A stretch of DNA of 64,000 bases from NCBI RefSeq assembly GCF_009914755.1, contig NC_060940.1; one strand, given 5' to 3'. The notes below the pieces were generated by a model. It was not told the origin of the DNA, made no database searches, and saw only the letters and a program-made list of their open reading frames with translations. The stretch comes from the human T2T-CHM13v2.0 reference genome, Homo sapiens. A program made the translations under genes and the position numbers. Shown here piece after piece: positions 56,426-64,000 of this stretch. Numbering within the stretch: the stretch's first letter is position 1; every line of letters begins with the position of its first letter.

Positions 56426-56779
56426 AGCATGCCAGTAAAGCATTTCCATGGGTCTCAGGTGTCTGCAAAGTTCTCTGCATGGAGAAAACCTGGCTGAGCT
56501 CTGCCCCAAACCTTTTATGGCTTTATTCATGTATACTAGATTATGAGCTTTGGCCAGACATACAGGAGGTCCTGCACCAGCTCTGCCCTTGCTCACATTT
56601 TGAGTTATTTAACTTGTCTTTACTGCAGTTTCTAGATTTGTAAACAGTAGTTAATCATTGTACCTACCGCATTGGGCCTAAAAAGACCTAAGACGAATTT
56701 AACATAAAGCCTGTTGTATGTTAGTAAGCCTTGGGTAAGCCCTATTTGTTATGGCTATTGTGGTTTTTATCATCATCAA

Positions 56780-57480
56780 CATTAGGAGAAGATAAGCTGT
56801 AACACACCGTATTTAAAAAGGATTCTTTCTCAATGGAATCCAAAGAAATCCATTGAAACAAATGAGTACCACACATACTGCATATGTCTACCAAAATACA
56901 TTTTATAAAACATACAAATTAGTCTGTTGTTGTTGAGATGGTAAATAAAGGGGCATACACTCAGACTCTTGGTGTCAATAGAAATTGAGACTCTCCTTTC
57001 AGAAAGTGAACTTTAAAAACATTACATATATGATTATACACACACGCACACGTATACACACACAAACACACAACATCCTTACTGATTAATCTCAGTCCTA
57101 AAAAAAATTCTAGAAATAATTTAAGAAAATAAAATCAAACTATACGCCAAGGATATTACTACAATGTTATCTTTACTAGCCAAATGTTGCTTTGCAAATT
57201 CTCCTCACTTAGGGGAGTGTTTATGAAATTATGGTACAGAAATTGGAGGCAACAATGAGTATATTTGTAAATAGTAAGTATGTGGATCTCAGAAAAATAT
57301 TTAAAATGTTTAGACGTAATGATAAATAATAAAATTTTATAAAATTCCTTTGCCCTACGATTGCCACTCTGATAAAATACCTCTGCTTATGGACAAAGAT
57401 GGGATGCAAGTACCCCAAGGTTGAAATAGTTGGCTATGATGGGGGGATTATAAGTGCTGCTTTTTGAGATTTTTGTGACT
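56780..57480 (+). mobile_element. Highly diverged L1ME-type fragment
   Basis: A-rich; gagatggtaaataaaggggcatacactcagactcttggtg... resembles the L1 ORF2 end. Confidence 0.45.
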
Positions 57481-57549
57481 TTGATTGTGTAGTTTAATCA
57501 GGCCACTATGGCAACAACAGAAGAGAGGAAAGCAGGGCAACGATGTGTG

Positions 57550-57830
57550 ATATCTTCAGTTGTAAGCAAAAGAAAAGTTACCAAGGCTAGTTTAAACAGA
57601 GAAAGAATGTATGAAGGATTCTTGATAATTCTAACTCCAGGGGACCAGAAAAAAAATACCAAATTACTCTAGTAATTTGTGGTTATTTGATATTTTCATT
57701 GACACCCCTGACTGGCCAAGTGCAGCTGGCATGCTCATACCCTAGCAGCTAAGTAGGCTGAGAAAGCAGCTTTCAGGGTGGGAAGCGGACTGTCCTGCCT
57801 AAGAAGAGGAAATCTCCCCAAAGCAGGAAC
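57550..57830 (-). mobile_element. Old MLT1 LTR fragment
   Basis: cttcagttgtaagcaaaagaaaagttaccaaggctagtttaaacagagaaagaatgtatg. Confidence 0.5.
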
Positions 57831-57856
57831 TTAGCTCAGATCAAAAGTGGTCAAAC

Positions 57857-59262
57857 AGTAGCAGTGACAGTACCCACAGCAGTAGCAGTGCCAGTACCCA
57901 CAGCAGTAGCAGTATTTGTAGCCACCTTTGTAACAATAGTATAGAAGTAGCAGCTATAGTAGCAATAGTAGTTGTAATACTAGCAGTTGTAGTCCCAATA
58001 GTAAGAGAGGCAGTAGCTATAGTAATAACAGCATCAGGAGTAGTTGTCATAGTACCAGTAGTAATAGTCATAGTAGCAGTAGTAGTAATAGCAGCAGAAG
58101 TAGTTGTCATCATAGTACCAGTAGTAATAGCAAGAGTAGCAGTAGTAATAAGAGCCACAGAAATAGTTGTCATCATAGTACCACTAGTAAGAGTGGCAGT
58201 AGCTATAGTAATAATAGCAGCAATAGTAGTCGTTGTCATAGTACCAATAGTAGCAGCAGTAGTAGCAGTAGTAATAATAGCAGCAGGAGTAGTTTGTTGT
58301 TGTAGTACCAGTAATAATGGTAGTAGCAGTAGTAATAATAGCAGCAGGAGTAGTTGTCATAGTACCAGTAGTGAGAGCAGCAATAGCCATAGAAATAACA
58401 GCAGCAATAGTAGTTGTCATCATAGTGCCAGTAGTAATAACAGTATAGTAGCGGTAGTAATAATAGCAGCAATAGTGGTTGTCATCATAGTACCAGTAGT
58501 AATAGCAGTAGTAGCGGTAGTAATAATAGCAGCAGCAGTAGTTGTCATCATAGTATCACTTGTAATAACAGTAGTAGCAGTAGCAATAATACCAGCAGGA
58601 GTAGTTGTGGTTGTAGTACCAGTAGTAATAGTGGCAATAGCAGTAGTAATAATAGCAGCAGGAGTAGTTGTCATCATAGTACCAGTAGTAAAAGTGGCAG
58701 TAGCCATAGTAATAATAGCAGCAAGAGTAGTTGTCGTAGTACCAGTAGTACCAGTGTTAGTAGGAGTAGTAATAATAGCAGTAGGAGTAGTTGTGCTTAT
58801 AGTACAAGTAGTAATAATGGCAGTAGCAGAAGTAATAATAGCAGCAGGAGTAATTATAGCCATAGTGCCAGTAGTAATAGTGATAGCAGAATTAGTAATA
58901 ATGGCAGCAGTAGTAGATGTCGTCACAGTTCCAGTAGTAATAATGGTAGTAACAGTAGTCATAATAGCAGCAGGAAGAGTTGTCATCATAATACCAGTAG
59001 TAATAGTGGCAGTAGCAACAGGAGTAATAGCAGCAAGAGTAGTTGTCATCATAGTACCAGCAGTAAGAGCAGCACTAGCCATAGTAATAATAACAGCAGT
59101 AGTAGTTGTCATCATAGTACCAGTAGTACAGTGGTAGTTGCAGTAGTAATAATAGCAGTGGTAGTGGTAGCAATAGCAGTTGTGGTAGTAGCAGCAGTAG
59201 TAATTGTAGAAGTGGGAGCAGCTCTTGCAGCAACCGTAGCAATGATGACAGCAATGTCAGCA
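57857..59262. repeat. Cryptic 63-bp minisatellite (~19 units) built from TAG/CAG/TAA triplets
   Basis: AGTACCAGTAG-like marker recurs at 58051, 58114, 58177, 58240, 58304, 58361, 58424, 58489, 58552, 58615, 58678, 58738, 58801, 58864, 58927, 58990, 59053, 59116. Confidence 0.93.
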
Positions 59263-59424
59263 GTCGACACTTGCACTACACCTATTGCCTAAGCTTTTTA
59301 TACACAGCAATTTCTTATCCTTTCCACTACCCAAGGGCAGGGCTTTTTGTCCTGCTTCTTTTGTTGTGGTATTTCCAGAGCCCAGAACTACATCTTGGAC
59401 ATGGGATATGTGCAGTACATATGT

Positions 59425-59580
59425 TTTTTAAATGAATAATTCAATGAGGTGGATACCATTGTTATCCTCAGTTTACAGAGGAGGAAACTGAGGCAGCTTT
59501 ACTTTAAGTAGCTTAAGTGAAGAAACCATAATTAGGACCCAGGGCATGGGTGCCCAGATTTATGTGCTAAATCACCATAA
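59425..59580 (-). mobile_element. MIR
   Basis: tatcctcagtttacagaggaggaaactgaggca. Confidence 0.7.
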
Positions 59581-59919
59581 AAAACAACAAACAAACACTG
59601 GGGAAATATTCGCTATGAGGGTTACAATCAGAGACAGAGATCCATCCAGATTGGCTAAAATAAAATTAAAATTCAGGTGCTTCAATGAGCCAAACATAAA
59701 AGGGCAAATTTCAGGAAGAAGGGGCTGAGCTGGATGTGGAAGCAGGTCTCCCTGCTTCCTCAGCCATGACATATCCTCTTCAGTGAGAGCAGTGACCGGA
59801 GCTCGTTGCTAGGGGAACTGGAGAGGAAAACAACTCACTTTTCCCCAAGGCCCAGAGTATATCAGAGAGGTTGCATTTTAGATGGTAATCCAGCCAAAAT
59901 AGAAACTGAGGTTTCTGAC

Positions 59920-60100
59920 ATATTAAATGCTTTCCTTGACATCATCTCACTTAATTCTCAGAAGAAAAGGTGGTTATGCCCTTTTTTTCACTTTCCAGAT
60001 GAGGAAACAGAGACAGAGAGCATAATGTATGAATTCAAGATTACACAAAAAAGTTATAAGGCTTGAGCCTGAACTCAGAAATTCTGCTTATAATCTTAAA
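59920..60100 (-). mobile_element. MIR
   Basis: atcatctcacttaattctca...ccagatgaggaaacagagacagagag. Confidence 0.65.
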
Positions 60101-61344
60101 CAATGGGGGACAACTGACTTCTTTTAGCATCTGATGGAAACTACAGACCATCTTCACAGATTAACTTTCCTCTCTTCTCTCCTCTTCTCCTCCTTCCCCT
60201 GCCCTTCTCTTTGATTTTGGTTCCTGAGACCCCTTAAGCCCAGCTGATGAACCTCTTGCTCTAAACCACTTTATGAAAAAGCCTCAAAAGAGAACATTAG
60301 ATAAATTAGCTCATTTTCCTTTGGGAGGTCTCATTTTCCTACGTGTTAAATAAAGAGAGAAATATCATCGTGTTTTGGTGATCCCTGACATCCTCATGAC
60401 CAGGAGAAATCATCACAGTGCCTGGAAATGCTGTCTCTTGAGGTGACTAGAAATTATTTAGACATGGATTCCAACAGCTAGTTGGAGACAGGAGATCTAT
60501 GTTCTGTTCCCCCCACCTCCAGCATTAAAAGGTCATTATAAGAATTTGGACTGTATAATGCCTATCTGGATAATGGACCCACAGAATCAAGGTCCTGAGA
60601 CACACATCACAAGTAAAGATGATGAACCCGTTATTGAATTAGAAAACTAGGAAAGGGTGGAACGGAGAGTGGTAGGTAGAAAGGGATGAAGAGAGACAAT
60701 TTGGATGAATTACAAGATGGTTGATTAGTAAGGGTCAGCTGCTATAATCCAGAGACCACACATTACAGTGACTGAACCAAAATTGAGGTTTTTCTTTTCT
60801 GTTTGTCGAAAACAGTCCAGCGTTAGCCAGGTGGTAGAGAAATTGAGCAGGTGGTTCTGCCAACCTCATGAGGCTTCTGCTTGTGGTTTGAATCAGTTGA
60901 CCCATTTCTTTCTTTCTCCAGCTAGTCGGGAGGGAATAAGAGACCTGAGGAGTCCCTAAGCCTAGCATTGGTTAGGTTATAATCACATGACCACACATAG
61001 CCACAGGGGAGGCTTTGAAATGTGTCCAGCTGAAATGGTATTACTCAGTGGGCAGGGTGGGTAGAGGGGAACAATTGGCAGTCTACTATAAAGAGGAAGA
61101 GAAGGCAATGCTTAAAGCTGGAATTTCATGAAGTGTGTGTTCAGGGTCTTTTTATAGGGACCAGGAGTGAGAGTCCAATCATTCCAACAGCACTTAAAGT
61201 TAAAGTAGCCTAGGTTAGAATCTTACTTGACAGTAATAGAAGTCAATAGTTAAGCACCCCACCTCCTTCTGGTATTGTAATGGAAGACCTTAATCAGGAA
61301 ACTTGAGTTCTGGTCCCAGCTCTACCATTACATCCCCCAAATTT

Positions 61345-61887
61345 GGACCCAGCTGTACTGAACATCTGTTTTTGTAGTTGTTTTCTTGATCTACAACTTC
61401 CTGCCTTTCTCTGGTAGCCCACGTTTTTCCTCTGAGAACTAGTCACACTTTGTTTAATGATATGCTGCACAAACCTTTGGATCCAGATTTGAGCATGTAG
61501 TTTAACCCTGGCTAATCAGACCATTTCTCCAGCACGGTGATTGATTCAGGGACAGGCATATAGCTTGAGACAGGCAGACCAATGAGAACTAGTCCTGAGG
61601 ATTTCTATAGAATTGCTCTCATTCTTTCAGGGTTACTAAGAAGATAAAATGCAAACCCCGAGTTATTAGTGGCCATTTTTCACCACTATAGAGGAGTGCC
61701 CACCTAGAAATGAAGCAGGGCTGAGAAATAAAGAGAGATTGTAGATGACATTATTCAGAGCTCCTGGATCCAACTATGCCTGAAGCCATTCATCCTGAAA
61801 CTCATTTAATGAGCAATGAGCAACAAATCCCTGTTTTGACTTTTTCCAGTATGAATTAAGAACTTGAAATGAGAACAATTCTAATAC
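61345..61887 (+). mobile_element. Old MLT1 LTR
   Basis: gtgattgattcagggacaggcat...gagctcctggatccaactatgcctgaagcc...aacaattctaataca. Confidence 0.7.
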
Positions 61888-62679
61888 ATCACATCCCAAG
61901 TCTCCTGATTTTCCTCCTATACTGGGGGGTCTCAAATTTGTTTGTGCAGTGGAATATCTAGGGAAATTCATAAAAAATACAGATTCCCTAAACAAATTTA
62001 GTTCAGTCAATCTGAGGAAAGACCAGCAATATTCCAAGGCTTCCAATAGGAAAGCTTCCCAGAAGTTTGTAGCAGGCAGTTCAATTTGGGAACAGCAATT
62101 ACTGCATGCTGCCTACCAATGTGATTAATGCTGTATGGTTTTGGAAAATCACTGACCTCTTCATGTCACTTTCTCTTTATTTAGAAAAAATCGGATGATA
62201 TTTAAGTGGCCTTCCTGCTTAAAAGTCTCCCATAGTGACAGTTTCTCTGTCACAGCCCCTTCTTTCCTGTTCCAAGTTCTAATTGTTCCAACCCACACAC
62301 ACACACAGGCACACACTTTCCCATTGTGAGCAGGCACCTCTGAGGCCCTGGCCCATTTTCCACAGCACACTCTCGCCTTCATTGCAAGCACTGACAGGTG
62401 CGAGCTGAGAAAGATACAGGCCCCGTTTGAAGCCTCATGATAAGAGAAGCTGGGAGATGGGCTGAGAAGAAGAAACAGAAATATTGATCTCAACAGGCTG
62501 ACAGGTTTTACTGAAGGTTCCAATGGTAGGAAAGGGTGAGCCCAGACTGAAAAGTTTACACTTCCTCAGTGCAATATTCAACTGCAGCAGTATCTTGATT
62601 ATAACATTTTCTTGTGCTCACCATATCCCAGAATTCTATACTCCTTATCCTCTTTCTGATATGGGCAACCTTTGAAGTC

Positions 62680-63028
62680 GGAGGGGCTTGCTGCTTCTTG
62701 AACATGCAGTGTTCTTTCATGTCTCTGCCCTCACCTGGCCGGCTCTGCTGCCTGAACTTCCTGCTTCCTTCTGAGGCTTATGAATGACTGCCCACCCCCA
62801 GCTCAAGACCCAGGTCAAGCCAACTGTGTCTGTGAACCTTGTTGGATTGCCCCAGGCAGAGCTGTCAGCCCTTCCTTCTGCTGGGCTTCAAAAGCGTGGT
62901 GTAGGCTTAGTGACTACTATACTCTGTGTTATAATTATTTGTTCACATGTCTCCCCGACTAAGAGAGGGCAGATACTGCATTCCCAGAATGAAGTCGGAG
63001 CTCATTAATTTCTTATTGAATGAATGAA
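62680..63028 (+). mobile_element. L2 3' end
   Basis: ttataattatttgttcacatgtctcccc...ttattgaatgaatgaa. Confidence 0.55.
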
Positions 63029-63110
63029 CAGAAGAACTGAACAGAGGTGAAGTAAATAGGAAGAAATCTTTATTATAGTCACTTGATTGTGGGCTTAAAA
63101 TGTGCTGGTG

Positions 63111-63407
63111 AGCCGGGCGCAGTGGCTCGCCCCTGTAATGCCAGCACTTTGAGAGGCCGAGATGGAAGGATCTCTTGAGTCCAGGAGTTCGAGACCAGCC
63201 TGGTCAACACTGTGAGACCCCCCCACTGTACAAAAAAAGTATAAAAGTTAGCTGGGTGTGGTGGCTTGGACCTACCGTCCTGGCTACTCAGGAGAATTAG
63301 GTAGCAGAATTACTTGAACCTAAGAATCTGAGGCTGCAGTGAGCTAGGACAATGCCACTGCACTCCAGCCTGGGTGATAGAGAGAGACCCCAACTCCTAA
63401 AAACAAA
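63111..63407 (+). mobile_element. AluJ element
   Basis: Diverged dimer with ggatctcttgagtccagg. Confidence 0.88.
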
Positions 63408-63489
63408 GGTGTTTGTGGAAATCTGTTTAAAATGTGTTAACATGCATAGACATCAAAAAGTATAATTTAATTTTACATAGTCATTATTG

Positions 63490-63598
63490 TTTTTTTTTGA
63501 GATGGGGTCTCACTATGTTGCTCAGGCTGATCTCAGCCTCTCAATCAGCTCAGTCTCCCGAGTAGCTGGGATTACAAACCTGTGCCACTGCACCAGGC
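63490..63598 (-). mobile_element. FLAM_A-like free left Alu monomer
   Basis: gagatggggtctcactatgttgctcaggctg...ctcccgagtagctgggattaca...ccactgcacc. Confidence 0.75.
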
Positions 63599-63627
63599 TT
63601 CGCAGCCATCATTTTGAGCATCCAGTA

Positions 63628-63800
63628 GAAAAAATGGTTCTCACTCTGGAGTTCATGTCAGAATGACCTGGGGACTGGTCAACACAGATTCCTTCACCCC
63701 ACCCCAGAGATTCTCATGTAGTAGATGGAGAATTTGCATTTCTGACAAGTTTCCAGGTGAGGCTGATGCTATGGTCTGGCGGTCACACTTCCAGACCTGC
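63628..63800. mobile_element. MER5A-like MITE
   Basis: atggttctcactctgg...cagaatgacctgggg...gaatttgcatttctgacaagtttccaggtgaggctgatgct. Confidence 0.75.
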
Positions 63801-64000
63801 AGCTATCCTAGAGTCTAATCCTCTAGTTCAGCAGGATCATTAAAATGGGTAGGATTGTTGTCCCTGCACCCATTTTCTCCACTGCACCTAGTCTATTGAA
63901 TTCCTCTGCTGGCTTCTCATAATGCAGTTGCAGATTCCTCTGTGACATTGAGAACTGTGTTCTTTCCATCACAAAGTGACTCCTCGCCGTGACGCTGCAT

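Noticed and set aside
57857-59262. Regularly spaced repeats as a CRISPR-like array or mucin exon
   Set aside because: There are no unique spacers (whole units are homologous), the context is eukaryotic, and I see no flanking exons or signal peptide.

Overview
This is primate (almost certainly human) genomic DNA. The window opens inside the terminal coding exon of HS3ST4 (heparan sulfate 3-O-sulfotransferase 4; C-terminal sulfotransferase domain ending ...[12 protein letters not shown], 1-631). A probable ~1.4 kb 3' UTR follows, then ~62 kb of gene-poor, repeat-rich downstream DNA: more than 20 Alu/FLAM/FRAM copies, L1 and L2 fragments, MIRs, MaLR and ERV1 solo LTRs (MLT1, MST, THE1, MER39), DNA transposons (Tigger2a, MER20, MER30, MER5A), STRs and cryptic minisatellites. 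I see no second protein-coding gene, RNA gene, CRISPR array or clearly new multi-gene system; the other ORFs in the track look like repeat shadows or chance ORFs. The most noteworthy signals are structural: (i) a tail-less young AluY fused to an old AluJ right arm (candidate Alu-recombination-mediated deletion); (ii) two twin-primed (5'-inverted) L1 insertions of very different age, one carrying a possible 19-bp 3' transduction; (iii) a stack of AT-rich palindromes with a ~148-bp hairpin; (iv) a 63-bp x ~19 cryptic minisatellite open on both strands; (v) an unusually CpG-rich AluSp; (vi) a MER20 + MER39 pair. Repeat subfamily calls are by eye against remembered consensus sequences, and boundaries of old elements are approximate.
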